A stretch of 64,000 bases of DNA from Eledone cirrhosa (taxonomy: Eukaryota): positions 341,000,001 to 341,064,000 of the forward strand of contig OZ024743.1 of the NCBI GenBank assembly GCA_964016885.1, given 5' to 3'. The position numbers and the translations under genes are program-made. The notes under the pieces were generated by a model that saw only the letters and a program-made list of their open reading frames with translations, did not search any database and was not told where the DNA came from. Shown piece by piece: positions 14,001 through 26,200 of the stretch. The first letter of the stretch is position 1, and each line of letters begins with the position of its first letter.

Positions 14001-14835
14001 ATTCGACTGATTTTTAACCACCTTAATTTGATTTAGATATTTCCGTTATATTTTCTTTCTCTCTCCCTTTCCACATTTAGATATAGAATACAATTGTTAA
14101 TCTATTCTACTCCATACCTTCATAAATATTACCATCTCCATATTACATTTCACCACATAATACAATACTTCTGCTATAATATACGAACCCTAACGCATGA
14201 ACTATCTCGCATTTCTTGGATTTATTTGCCTTTGTTATCATACATTCGTTCGTAATCTGTCGGTTTTAGTAGGCATTACTTTTAACAGTATCTTATGAAA
14301 TCGTATAAGTGCTCGTAGGAAGGACACAATTTTGATAGCTCATGTATTTTAGATGTGTGGTCAACATTGGGCCTTGAAAGTAAAGATTTGTTTCGTGTAT
14401 GAACATAAATAAATAATAATATATTTCTGCTCTCTTCCTTTTTCATGCTTACATATGTTGTATATACACACACACACAATTATATACACATACACACATA
14501 TACACATACACACATATACACACACATGCATATATATATATATATAAATATATATATACATATATACACACACATACATATATATACATACATATTCATA
14601 CATACATATATACACATACATACATACACACAATCATACATATATACACTCGTACATACAGACACACACATGCATATATATATATATATGCATGTGTGTG
14701 TGTGTGTGTATGTTGTATATACATATAGATCATGCGCAAATGCAAGCACTCGCACGCACACACACACACACACACACACATTTATATATATATAAACTAT
14801 AAATAAACACACATACACGCACGCACACACACACA

Positions 14836-14882
<47 letters not shown>

Positions 14883-15299
14883 CATGTTTATGTAAAATAC
14901 TTGGCTACTTACATTATAAACGAATAAATATATATACATAGATCTTTTGATGGGGAACTCTAAGTTGAAATCCTCAGATAGATGCGGGATTTCATCACTG
15001 ATATTTATTACTTACTTTATGCCAGGCATCTACGTTATTTTTCTTATTCCGCTTTTCGACCCCTATGTTGGTTTTTGTAATATATATTGTTCTAGAAAAT
15101 TAACCAGATTTCAATGTTTATGTGTTTCCCTTTCACCAAACTCTATATGACTTTAATATAGGTGATATATAGTGATAATAAAAGCAAGAAGAAGAATATG
15201 GTAGAAACACAAATTATTATTGTTGCTACTGCTAACGTTTTATGATTTGAGTATTCTTATATTTACAGCATGATTTCATTGCATAACAAAACGTAACTC

Positions 15300-15930
15300 C
15301 ATGTGCCTAGCTTGCGTAAAGAGCTTTGCATTTCTATTTTATATATATGTTCAGCTTGTTAATTTCAGTGTGTACGTCCTGGAATTTTCATTTCATATCT
15401 CTTTTAATCTTCTTGACAATATCCATGTCAGCTATTGTTATAGTGGATCTTTCTGTGTTCAATCCCAATATTCTGGTTATCTCTAGCTCTTAATATATAT
15501 ATATTGGGATAGATTCTTTATTTCTTATAGATATATATTTTTGTCAGTTGGAATTGATACATCGATTAAATGACGTTTCCTTTTCTGACAGTTCTAGATA
15601 ACAATATTCAGTCGATATTCTTGATATTAGTTTTGTATTTTCTTTCCTAACAAGCTTTTGATGTTCCTGCTGGTAAGATATTAGTGAAGTGCTACAAGAA
15701 AAATTGTTTCGGTGTTAGCTTTGAGCTCTGTGCTTCTCCGTCTCTGCAAAGGTATTTTTCCTTAATCAGTTCTGCTTTATTCAGTCATGCCAAATATTCA
15801 CCATGTAGGGGTTTTCTTGTCATCGACACAGCGTGACATTATAATTCCATCTTCAACTGGGATATTAGATTTTAAAATTATACTGTGCTTTCTCCCTTCA
15901 TTCCTTGGTGTATTGTCAATTTCCTTATTG
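15300..15930 (-). pseudogene. Possible highly decayed LINE RT fragment
   Basis: KSNIPVEDGI resembles the K.PG.DG motif. A-rich minus strand. Confidence 0.25.
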
Positions 15931-15952
15931 AATATATATATATATAAATACA

Positions 15953-16042
<90 letters not shown>

Positions 16043-16204
16043 ACATTGAAAATAAGACCAAATACTGTTACTTATGTCATATTTCAATTAACGCACGTTT
16101 CTTACAGCGTATAACATTTATTATTAGCTAATAGAATATATAATCCAATAATTGGATTCATCAGAATTATGAACACATATAAGAAACATTATTACCTCTG
16201 TAAA

Positions 16205-16308
16205 TGGTGGATTGACTTTGCCTTTCATCTTTACGGGGTCGATAAAATAAAGTACCAGTACTGCACTGAGTAATTGCTGGCCTTGTGCCTAAAGTAGAAA
16301 TAATTATT
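16205..16308 (+). mobile_element. SINE 3' fragment
   Basis: GACTTTGCCTTTCATC...GTAGAAATAATT. Confidence 0.8.
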
Positions 16309-16498
16309 ACCTCTATAAATCATTTCGTATACGCGTATAAGGAGTTGGGTGTCGGTCAATGACAACTTCTTATTCCATCTTTGAGGGTCTTCACACTATT
16401 TTATAAGCAATATTAAAGCATCTCCGCGTATGAGCATATCACCCTTTATGTTAAATGTATCCCCTCAGCGTCTCGTAGAAGTCTGAGAAATCGGCTAC

Positions 16499-16563
<65 letters not shown>

Positions 16564-16930
16564 AAGAGAGAGTGAACGTAATATAACAGTATTGAAAGGT
16601 GTATTTCAAACTAAGGATTATCTGATGCATAGAACCCGAGTTCATCCATATCCGAAAAATAGTTCATTTTCAATTTGCATCTGACTCTACTCAATCAATA
16701 TTTTGTTAACGCCCAGAAGAAAATACTCCCCTTTTAATTAGGTTGTAATCGTCTCGCTATTTTATTTGTTCAGAATTACTTAAAGTACGTAATTAATGCA
16801 ATTTCATACATGGTAATTCCATCCACAATCCCCGTGTAGGAATCACTGTGTAAAGCGTTCTGCTAATCAATCCGTCTCATGCTCAGGTGCGTCATTCGCT
16901 TTACTGATCTGTAAGAGATATTAACTGATA

Positions 16931-17273
16931 CAGTGTACCCCCGGCATTCGCAGTTCCGTTTATTCACGGAATTTTTCTCAGAATCTAACTAATAATTATT
17001 CGTGAGAACCACCGCATAATCTTAATTATTTTCCACGATTTTTTAAATGGCTTTTTTCGTGGTAATATATATTGTTAACGCTAAATTAAAAAAAAAAACC
17101 GTATTTGCCGGCCCATTGGACACTCCTTCGCATAAGATGCTTCTTATTTTTATATTTTACGTTATATTTTTACATTCATAAGCATTTTTATGGATCACGT
17201 CAATTATTCGCGTCTTTTCAATTCTTCGCGGGTGATCTAGGAACGTAACCCCGCGAATACCGGAGTACAACTG
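16931..17273. mobile_element. Tc1/mariner (pogo/Tigger-like) MITE
   Basis: TIRs CAGTGTACCCCCGGCATTCGC and GCGAATACCGGAGTACAACTG, with TA on both sides as the target-site duplication. Confidence 0.75.
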
Positions 17274-17279
17274 TATATG

Positions 17280-18560
17280 ATGAGCCTTTTCAGCAATCCT
17301 TTTCTACTTCTAGAATTGAATTGTTTTTCTCCAGACATTAATTTGTTCTGTGATATTATTGCACATAATTCTTTTTGACACTACATATTTGTGTCTGTAG
17401 ATTTGGAGATTTGCTTGCAAGTATTGTTTCTGGGTCATTCACTAGATTATTAAATATAGTTGCTTGTACTTTTTGTGCGACTATTTAATATTTAAACAAG
17501 AAGCTTTGAACATTATCACTTCACCTTTAATTTTGTCAATCATTTTTATTGCACCTTTGTGTTTTTCTTCTTTCATATTACTGTTACGTTACTTCACAAG
17601 TTGTTTCTGATATTCTCGTTCATACATATCCCTTTGCTATACATCCCAAAAGTTCTTCTACTCCCCTTGCATTACTTTCCATTGTGATTTCATCTAGCTT
17701 TCGGTAAAATCCCCTTTGATCAATATATTACATTTTTCAAACAATCCTTCGCTTTTTATTACGATTTAACAATGATTTCTTCTTTTAAGGTTTATTGGTT
17801 ACAGATATTAAGTTTTTACGATGATGTAATTTTATCTCCTAGCTTTTCTATTATTTTTTTTATTTTTGTCGTTTCGATATTTCCCTATCTTTTCTCTTAT
17901 TTTTGTTAACCCTTTACCATTTACATTACTCGCTATATATTATTATATGTTTACAATAAAGGCTTTACCTCACATAATTATCTCACATAATATCGAATCT
18001 ACGAGATTTTGAAATTATTTATTTTGAGGACAATACCTTAACGTCAGTATGAGTGACCAGTTACAGCCAATTTGGACAGAAAGAGGTGAGAGAATTCTGC
18101 TTGAATTCTGGCTGGTTTACATGCTAAAGAGTTATTTTCTTAGTTCAGATATACTTTTATAAGCACATATGAGAATGTTCTCGTATGCCTTTTTAACTAC
18201 AGTTGCTGATGTCTGTAGATACTTTAATTTATCCTCGTATTTGTTTCAACATGGATTACGAATATCCCGTTTGTTTCTATCTATTGTTAATTATATTTTA
18301 TCTTGAAGCTCATATGAGGGAAGGTATTTTATTGGTTCATGAGAATAAGTTTTATCGATTTAAATTTAGAATTGCAATTACATTTAGTTTGTCAGAGTTG
18401 TGTATGGTGGTGTTGAGGATTAATTGAGTTACCCCATGCGCATGTCTCGATTGTGTGATTCTTTTTTGTTGCTTTAATGTTCCACATCGTTATTGTTATT
18501 GGTTCTTATCGATTTATTAATGTCTTTATGGTCATTGTTGATCACAAATTATTTATTTAT
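17280..18560 (-). pseudogene. Possible decayed LINE (APE region)
   Basis: LIKGDF-like motif near 17710 and an A-rich minus strand. No long ORF. Confidence 0.25.
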
Positions 18561-18590
18561 TTATTTATTCGTTTATTTATTAATGTATTA

Positions 18591-18622
<32 letters not shown>

Positions 18623-18623
<1 letters not shown>

Positions 18624-20754
18624 TGCATTTATCTTGCTTTATGTTTATACGAGTTATCACCAAGTCACAACCAGTGACCTCAAGAGACAACAAGGTCCGC
18701 CATGTTCAAGAAAGAACATACATATTCACACATGCATCCTTAGTGTTTAGACTTGTGATGTACTTATATTGACAGTATTGATGTACTTATATTGTACTTG
18801 TGATGTACTTATACTAGTATATGGGCAGTTCCCATTAGTACTATCTTTTGTATTTCTCCTATACGCGGGTTTCCTGGGATTTGCGATAAGTAGTCGTTAG
18901 ACCCCTTAGGTATCATTCCCAGAGCGCCTACAACCACTGGTATTGTTTTAGTTCTCAATTTCCACATTTTTCCAATTTCTATCTCCAGGTCCTTATACTT
19001 GCTCAATTTTTCAAATGTTTTTATAGATACATTCTTGTCTATTGGAACAGACATATCAATTAGCAGGCATACCCTCCTTTGAAAGTCCTTCAATATTATA
19101 TCAGGTCTATTTGCATCTATTTTTCGGTCTGTTTGGATGCTAAAGTTCCACAAGATTGAGATGTGATCTTTTTCAAGTATGGGAGGTGGTTGATGCTCCC
19201 ACCAATTCTTTTGATGGGGCAGGTCAAAATGCTTACACATTATCCAATGTATGTATTGTGCAGCTCTGTCATGCCTGTTTAGGTATTCGGTTGGAGCTAT
19301 AGGACTGCACATTGAAATTATATGGTCAATGGTCTCTGGTTGTTTTTTGCATACACGGCATAATGGGCTGCACCCATTTTTTTATTATGTTGGCTTGGTA
19401 ATTTTTTGTTGGCAGACACTGATCTTGTGCGGATATAATCAGTCCTTCAGTCTCCGATTTCAGTCCAGAGGATGCCAACCACTGATGGATTAAAGTTTTG
19501 TCAACATCAGGATTGTTAGCTCGCTCTGGGTATTTTCCATACAGAGGCTTTTCTTGCCATTTCTTAGCCAGTTTCTGTAGCAGTTCTTTCTTTGCAGTTA
19601 CTTTTACCTGCTTTGCTTTTTCTGTGTTTTCCATTTCAGCAGTAAATGGGACTTCTGAAATTTGTAGTCCATTACTGTATCTTTGTGCATCTTTTGTAAT
19701 GGAATATGATCTTTTGGTGCTTTCGTGTTTCAAAACGAGTTTGATCATCCAATCATGTGATTCCCTTAGATATGTGGATAATCCAATTGTTGCAGTTTTC
19801 AACGCAATGTCTAACTGGATTAACCCACGTCCTCCTTCTTTCCTAGGGAGATATATTCTATCTATGTCTGCCTTAGGCTGATGCATTCTGTGCATGGTTA
19901 AGAATTTTCGGATTTTTGTATCGAGCCTACGGATCTCTGTGCTTGACCAGTTGATGACATTGTAACTGTAGGTTACTACTGGTATGGCAAGCGTGTTTAT
20001 GGCATCGATCCTATTCCTTGCATTCAATTCCGTTCTTAAGATTGCTCTGACTCTGCGGTAACATTCCTTCCTTATCCTTTCCCTCATTGTCGAGTGCTTG
20101 ATTCCGTCTCCTTCACAAACACCTAGATATTTGTAAGTTTGTTCTTGATCAAGCTCTCTTATCACGTTCCCCCGATCAAGATTAATGTCTGAACTCTTCA
20201 GCAGCTTTCCTCTGGTGAACGTTGCTTTGGCGCATTTATCCAGTCCAAACTATTTTAATGTCATCACTGAACTGCTTCACAGTGGATAATAGCCCTTGCA
20301 ATTGTTCATCATTTTTTGCAAATAGTTTCAGGTCATCCATGTAGAACAGGTGATTAATGGTTTTGTCATAGACTCTATATCCATGTTTTGTTTCATTGAG
20401 CATTTTACTTAATGGTATAAGTGCGATGCAGAATAAAAGCGGTGATAAAGAGTCACCCTGAAAAATTCCACAATTAATGTTAACTTCTCCAGCTTCCAGT
20501 GATTTTGTTTCACTATTCAAAAGGAGTGTCGTTCTCCATGTCCTCATACTGAATGACAAAAACCTCCTGACAACGGGGGATATTTTGAAAATCTCTAAAC
20601 ATTTTTCAATCCAACTGTGTGACAAACTATCAAATGCTTTTTTATAATCTATCCAAGCAATCGATAGATTTTTGTGTCTATTATGACAATCTTCCAGTAT
20701 CATTTTGTTAACCAGAAGCTGATCCTTACAGCCATATGAGCCTCGTTTACACCC

Positions 20755-20756
<2 letters not shown>
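18623..20756 (-). mobile_element. R4/Dong-clade non-LTR retrotransposon family B, 5'-truncated and frameshifted
   Basis: ORF pieces 20236-20703, 19326-20165 and 18809-19312 carry [17 protein letters not shown] and RPD. Nearly identical to 31379-33482. (TTA)n on both sides. Confidence 0.93.
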
Positions 20757-20792
<36 letters not shown>

Positions 20793-20878
20793 GTTATTGT
20801 TATTCCTTGAATCTCAGTCATTGATGTTGGTTAACTGGAAAGTCCGTTGGATTGAATATCAAGCCACTACCTGCAGCC

Positions 20879-23800
20879 TCAGATATTCAGGACGTATCGG
20901 AGGGTTCTTGCCGTTCCAAGCAAGCATGCCTTTTGAAGCGTTCCAAAAAGCGTGAAGGGGCCGATTTTCTTTAACCATCCCTGGAAACCTTTGGAGATAG
21001 TCCCCAGTGCGCCTATGACAATCGGGATCACTTTGACTTCATGGCAGTTCCAAATCCTTTTCACCTCCCACTTTAGGTCCTGGTATCGGTTAATTTTCTC
21101 CCTCTCCTTCTCTTGCACTCTCGTGTCGAACGGGCAGGCCACATCCACAATCAGGCACGATCTTTTTTCTTTGTCCACAACCACCAGGTCAGGTCTATTG
21201 TGTTCCAGTTTTTTGTCCGTCTGTATCCTAAAATCCCACAGCACCTTCACCTGATTGTTCTCCATCACCGCCTCTGGCCTATGCTCATACCATTTCTCAG
21301 AATGTGGTAGATTGTTTACTTTGCACAGGTGCCAGTGGATCACCCTGCCCATCACATCGTGTCTCCAGCCCTTATAGTGGGTCTGGGCTAGGTGTTTACA
21401 CTCGGACACAATGTGAGCCACAGTCTCCTCTCTCTCTCCACAGATCCTGCACAGTGGGCTAGCCTCCTCCTTGTAGATATGGTGCTTCAACCACTTCGTT
21501 TTGAGGGCCTGCTCCTGCGCAGCCATTAGCATTCCTTCTGTAGCCTTTTTGAGGTCTCCTCTTCTCAACCAGTTCCATGTCTGTGGATCTCTAAATTCAG
21601 TTTTCTCAAAGAAGGTACTATGAAGGGATTTTCCCTTAAGGCTGCTCTTCCTCCTTGATGTTATTTCCTCCTTGGGTATCCCCTGGCCTACTGTCCCCTC
21701 CTTCAGTACAGCTCTGAGCATTGGCTCCTTACTATAGGTCACGTATTTGTATAGGTTGTTTTTCTCCATCTGAACACAGTCCTCTATGCTGATAAGACCT
21801 CTTCCACCCTCAGATCTCCTTAGGTAGAGTCTATCGACATCACTCCTCTTGTGGAACATGTTGTAGATAGTCAATAGCTTCCTAGTCTTCCTATCCATTT
21901 CTTTTTGTTCAGCAACATTCCATCTCAGAATTCCCGCACTGTACCTAATAATAGACACAGCTCGGGAATTTACTGCGCTTATGGCATTTCTGCTGTTCAG
22001 ATGTGACTTCAATACGCTCCTTACTCTCCGAATGTATTCAGTTCTTAACAATTCCTTCATTTTTTTGTTCTTTATGCCATCAGCCTCCAGAACGCCCAAA
22101 TACTTGTATCCTTCCTCAGAGTCAATTTCCTTTATCATCTCACCTGTTGGTATCTGGATCCCGTTACTTCTGCTCAACCTACCCCTCCTCATCACAATGA
22201 CTCCACATTTACCAATACCAAACTGCATACATATATCACTGCTGAAAATACGGACAGTGTCAACAAGCACATCCAACTCCTTCTCACTTTTCCCGAAGAG
22301 CTTAAGGTCGTCCATGAAGAGGAGGTGATTGATGGTAAGCTCTCCCCTTCCCAACTTGTATCCTGCTCTCACTTTTCGCAGCATAATGGTCAAGGGCATC
22401 AGGGCAAGGACAAACAACAGAGGGGACAGGCTATCTCCCTGGAAGATACCTCTCTTGATCTTCACGCTTCCCAAGGATACTCCAGTTGATGTCAACTCTG
22501 TCTCCCAGGACCCCATACTCCTGCCCAGCAACTGTCTGATGTTATCTGCCACCCTGAAGATCTCCAGGCTTTTGGTGATCCAGGAATGAGGCACCATGTC
22601 AAATGCCTTTCTGTAGTCTATCCATCCCATGGCAAGATCAGTGTGTCTCCTCCTGCAATTCCCCATTACCATCTTATCAATAAGCAACTGGTCCTTTGTA
22701 CCACGTGACTTCTTTCGGCATCCTTTCTGTTCGTCCGGCAACAAGTTGTTTGTGTGGAGGTGATGGTAGATTTCCTCAGACACAATGCTCGTCAACAGTT
22801 TCCACATTACGGGCAGACATGTGATAGGTCTATAGTTGGTGACATCATTACCCTTGATTTGGTCTTTCATTATCAGAACTGTGGTACCTTTTGTCAACCA
22901 CTCTGGCACCTCACCCGACACCAAGCAGTCATTGAACATGGCCGTCAGCTTCGGGTGGAGGGATGTTAAATGTTTAATCCAATACCCCTGCACACCATCT
23001 GGGCCTGGTGATTTCCAGTTGGTTAGTTTTTTGGCTTGCCCCTTAAGAGTTTCAACTGTGATACTCAAATCAGTCTGTTGCTGTGCCTGCTCACCGATCT
23101 CCCTCTGTACTGTCTCAATCCACCCTGCCTGGGCATTGTGTCTAACATCCTGCTCCCATATTCCTCTCCAGAATGTTTTAGCTTGTTCCGCCCCAGGGAT
23201 CAAGTCGGTGCCTCTTTCTTTCCCCTCAAGCTGTCCAAACAGCATCTTCTGGTTGTTGTCGAACATGCGGTTCTGTTTATACTGACTGACTCTGTTCTCG
23301 TATCGCCTGATTTTGGCACTCTTTGCTACAATGCGTTGCTTCAATTCCTCTATGATAATATTTAGCTTTTTACTCCTAGTTTTGTATTTTATTTCCAGTC
23401 TATTTTTAGTGCCTATGTTTTTTAGTGTCCCATTCAGTAGTGACTCAAGCTTTCCTATGTCATTTCTCATTTCCCCGATTTGCCCACTCAGTCGCTTCTT
23501 CCACCACGGCTCTGCTCTTTCTTGTCTGTTGTTTCCTCTCGCTTTTATACCAAGTAGTTTCCTCACCGTATTTGCTGTTGCTTTGAGGATATTGTTGCAC
23601 TGGTGAAGACTCCTCGCCTCAAGGTATGGGATGACTTTGTTTACCTTAGCTGTTGTTTCTTTTAACTTTTTCCTGTCTACAAATCTTAGGTTCATAGGTC
23701 TCCCACTATCATTGTTCAACTCATCTACCACTAAATTTAGGATGTCAACCGAATCTTGTCCTAGCCCGTCAGCATTCATCTCCTCAGTGGCCGTATCTCT

Positions 23801-24271
23801 GTTCCAGGTATTATTTATCTCAGTATTCAGATCATTGTCTGCTTCGGGTGGTTCCTTCGCTCTCAGGACCTCCTCACCTTCATTTCCCGCCGGCTCGCTT
23901 GTCTGGCATACTACACCCGCCATCTCCAAGCCATTCTCTCTGCTCAGTTCCTCCAGTTCCAGCTCGCTTATCCACCCATTAGTTCTTATTACCCGAGCCT
24001 GCCCGGCCAATTTTTGTTCATCTAATTTAAATAAACCAATCTCGTTCCAGATGTTATGCATCCGTCTCCTGTAGCCCCTCTCCTTGGGGTTACTTTTCAG
24101 GTAGCATTGCATAACAGTTCTATTCAATTCTTTCGTCCAGTTGGTTCTGGCCCCTTTCCTTCTTCTTCTTCCTCCAACATCAGCAGTATTTCGTTGACAG
24201 TCAGGTTCCTGCTGCTGAGCCAGGGGGCACCTGTTGGGTGAGAGTCTGTCACATGACGTTCTAGTCTCCAT
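20879..24271 (-). CDS. 1130-aa reverse transcriptase / CCHC / restriction-like endonuclease protein (R4/Dong clade)
   Basis: N-terminal RTNWTKELN..VMQCY; [43 protein letters not shown]; CRIC..H..C; RHD, RPD..D, K..RY. Confidence 0.95.
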   Translation of the reverse strand: METRTSCDRLSPNRCPLAQQQEPDCQRNTADVGGRRRRKGARTNWTKELNRTVMQCYLKSNPKERGYRRRMHNIWNEIGLFKLDEQKLAGQARVIRTNGWISELELEELSRENGLEMAGVVCQTSEPAGNEGEEVLRAKEPPEADNDLNTEINNTWNRDTATEEMNADGLGQDSVDILNLVVDELNNDSGRPMNLRFVDRKKLKETTAKVNKVIPYLEARSLHQCNNILKATANTVRKLLGIKARGNNRQERAEPWWKKRLSGQIGEMRNDIGKLESLLNGTLKNIGTKNRLEIKYKTRSKKLNIIIEELKQRIVAKSAKIRRYENRVSQYKQNRMFDNNQKMLFGQLEGKERGTDLIPGAEQAKTFWRGIWEQDVRHNAQAGWIETVQREIGEQAQQQTDLSITVETLKGQAKKLTNWKSPGPDGVQGYWIKHLTSLHPKLTAMFNDCLVSGEVPEWLTKGTTVLIMKDQIKGNDVTNYRPITCLPVMWKLLTSIVSEEIYHHLHTNNLLPDEQKGCRKKSRGTKDQLLIDKMVMGNCRRRHTDLAMGWIDYRKAFDMVPHSWITKSLEIFRVADNIRQLLGRSMGSWETELTSTGVSLGSVKIKRGIFQGDSLSPLLFVLALMPLTIMLRKVRAGYKLGRGELTINHLLFMDDLKLFGKSEKELDVLVDTVRIFSSDICMQFGIGKCGVIVMRRGRLSRSNGIQIPTGEMIKEIDSEEGYKYLGVLEADGIKNKKMKELLRTEYIRRVRSVLKSHLNSRNAISAVNSRAVSIIRYSAGILRWNVAEQKEMDRKTRKLLTIYNMFHKRSDVDRLYLRRSEGGRGLISIEDCVQMEKNNLYKYVTYSKEPMLRAVLKEGTVGQGIPKEEITSRRKSSLKGKSLHSTFFEKTEFRDPQTWNWLRRGDLKKATEGMLMAAQEQALKTKWLKHHIYKEEASPLCRICGEREETVAHIVSECKHLAQTHYKGWRHDVMGRVIHWHLCKVNNLPHSEKWYEHRPEAVMENNQVKVLWDFRIQTDKKLEHNRPDLVVVDKEKRSCLIVDVACPFDTRVQEKEREKINRYQDLKWEVKRIWNCHEVKVIPIVIGALGTISKGFQGWLKKIGPFTLFGTLQKACLLGTARTLRYVLNI

Positions 24272-24842
24272 TTCACCGTTATTCGAACTGTTTATGTTCG
24301 ATATTTAAACACTCTTATCGAGGATTGGCGAATGTATGTTTACATAGCCATCTGTGGATCCGCCATCCCACTTGGCCCTTGTGTGGCATTATCACCACGC
24401 TGTATACGGACACACATAAACAAACAAACACACGGGCAGAAAGGGCCCCAAAAATGAATAAGCATAAGTTTCATTGTAATGTAGTATTCGAATGTCCGAC
24501 TTAGTTTTTGTTTTTTAAGTTTTACTTTTCCCCCCCTCTTCTCTGTCCGTCCGCCTGCTTCTCTCTTCATTCTTATTTTCTTTACGTTTTTGGGGTTTCT
24601 TTTTTTGTTTTTGTTTTTCTCTGTTTTTCTCGTTTTTTACTGTTGTTGCTGTGCTGCTTTTGTTGTTTGTTTTTTCTTTTTTCTTTTGAGTCTATCTATA
24701 TATTTTGATGCCTTCCTCTTTGTTAGTAGTAGGAATTCTATAATGTGGAAGTGGTAGCCAGCAGAGACTAGCGGCGTTGGCGATACTGAGACAGTGGTGG
24801 CGGTGATGTCGATACCGAGGCAGCGGTGGCGGTGATGCGACC

Positions 24843-25499
24843 GTATTACTGTAGTGATGGTGCTGTAGCGGTGGCAGCAGCAGTGAAGGAGTCAGGGGGT
24901 GGTGGCGGCGGTGATGGGACAGCGGTGGCAATGATGGCCGCAGTGAGCGGTGGCGGTGAAGGTGAAAATGCTGTTGTGTTCAGTGTACACAGATGATGGG
25001 GTGGGTGGTGTATCTAGTTTCTGGTGTTGGTGAGTTTCGCTGTCCTATATAGTGTAGCCAGAGGAGAGGAGGGGGGGGGGGGTTCTTCTTCTTCCATTTA
25101 TAGCCATTTTATTTTATTTATTTTTTTTTTTTTGGATATACAGTGTACAATACAAAGTTGAATATTTGAATATTTGAGCCGTATTACTGTAGTGATGGTG
25201 CTGTAGCGGTGGCAGCAGCAGTGAAGGAGTCAGGGGGTGGTGGCGGCGGTGATGGGACAGCGGTGGCAATGATGGCCGTAGTGAGCGGTGGCGGTGAAGG
25301 TGAAAATGCTGTTGTGTTTAGTGTACACAGATGATGGGGTGGGCGGTGTATCTAGTTTCTGGTGTTGGTGAGTTTAGCTGTCCTATATAGTGTAGCCAGA
25401 GGAGAGGAGGGGGGGGGGTTCTTCTTCTTCCATTTATAGCCATTTTTTTTTTGGATATACAGTGTACAATACAAAGTTGAACATTTGAATATTTGAGCC
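24843..25499. repeat. About 330-bp tandem duplication in the 5' region of Dong-A copy 1
   Basis: GTATTACTGTAGTGATGG...TTTGAGCC occurs twice here but once in copy 2 (62910-63238). Confidence 0.9.
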
Positions 25500-25664
25500 T
25501 TATAACAATATATTTTGGGTCCGAATTTTTTGGGGCTCAAGCCGGGTGCTTTACGTAGCATTTGTACTAAGAGTTGTTATTTCACAAATGATTTAAATAT
25601 GTTAAAAATTCAAAACTTACGGGAGCGATTTCATGACCTCCGTCACCTCGTGCGTCTTCTTCCC

Positions 25665-25720
<56 letters not shown>

Positions 25721-26200
25721 GGCGACCTACGTAGTAAATCGTATCATCGTGAGCTCCGCAAAGGTTTGTTATTTTCAGTTGTTTCAAATTGCCATTTATG
25801 GAAAACTTTTATTGTTAACTGTATATAACTGCACATACATTGATTTCCGAAAAGGACACTCAAAAATAGTGGGGCTTTGAGCCAAAAATTTAAACTTTTT
25901 ATAATTATCAAACAAAAATTTTTCTTTGAAAAATCATGACTGTCTCAGAGTCACTCCTACCTCACAATCTAACACCTCACACCGACACCACCATTGTAAA
26001 TATTGCTACGTTTGCCAACACTGGAAATGTAAGCAGTAGCAATATTTTAAATTTGTCTCAGGCGACGTTCATTTCCCGCCATTACCAATGACTGCAGGTG
26101 TTAAAGCCGCCACCACCACCACCACCACCACCACAACAGCGACAACAGAAACAAAAGAAAAAATAAATTAACTCGTGATATCGAAATTAATTCAACCAAA

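Larger units (their letters stand above)
20805..25664 (-). mobile_element. Full-length R4/Dong-clade element, family A copy 1
   Basis: Intact ORF, about 75-nt 3' UTR and about 1.4-kb 5' region. Collinear with 58853-63397. (TTA)n on both sides. Confidence 0.95.

Noticed and set aside
20952-24241. Plus-strand ORFs overlapping Dong ORFs (also 59-62 kb)
   Set aside because: Antisense shadows of the RT ORF, repeated only because the elements are copies.
24272-24380. Complete HDV-like ribozyme in the Dong-A 5' UTR
   Set aside because: A TCCTCG loop-like motif and TCGAAC/GTTCGA and TTCGCC/GGTGAA pairings exist, but I could not find a P1 partner or catalytic C.
25872-25892. GGCTTTGAGCCAAAAATT in the Tx1 5' UTR resembling GGCTTGAGCCCCAAAAAATT in the Dong-A leader
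   Set aside because: Short, gapped and not conserved in the Dong-B leader; could be chance.
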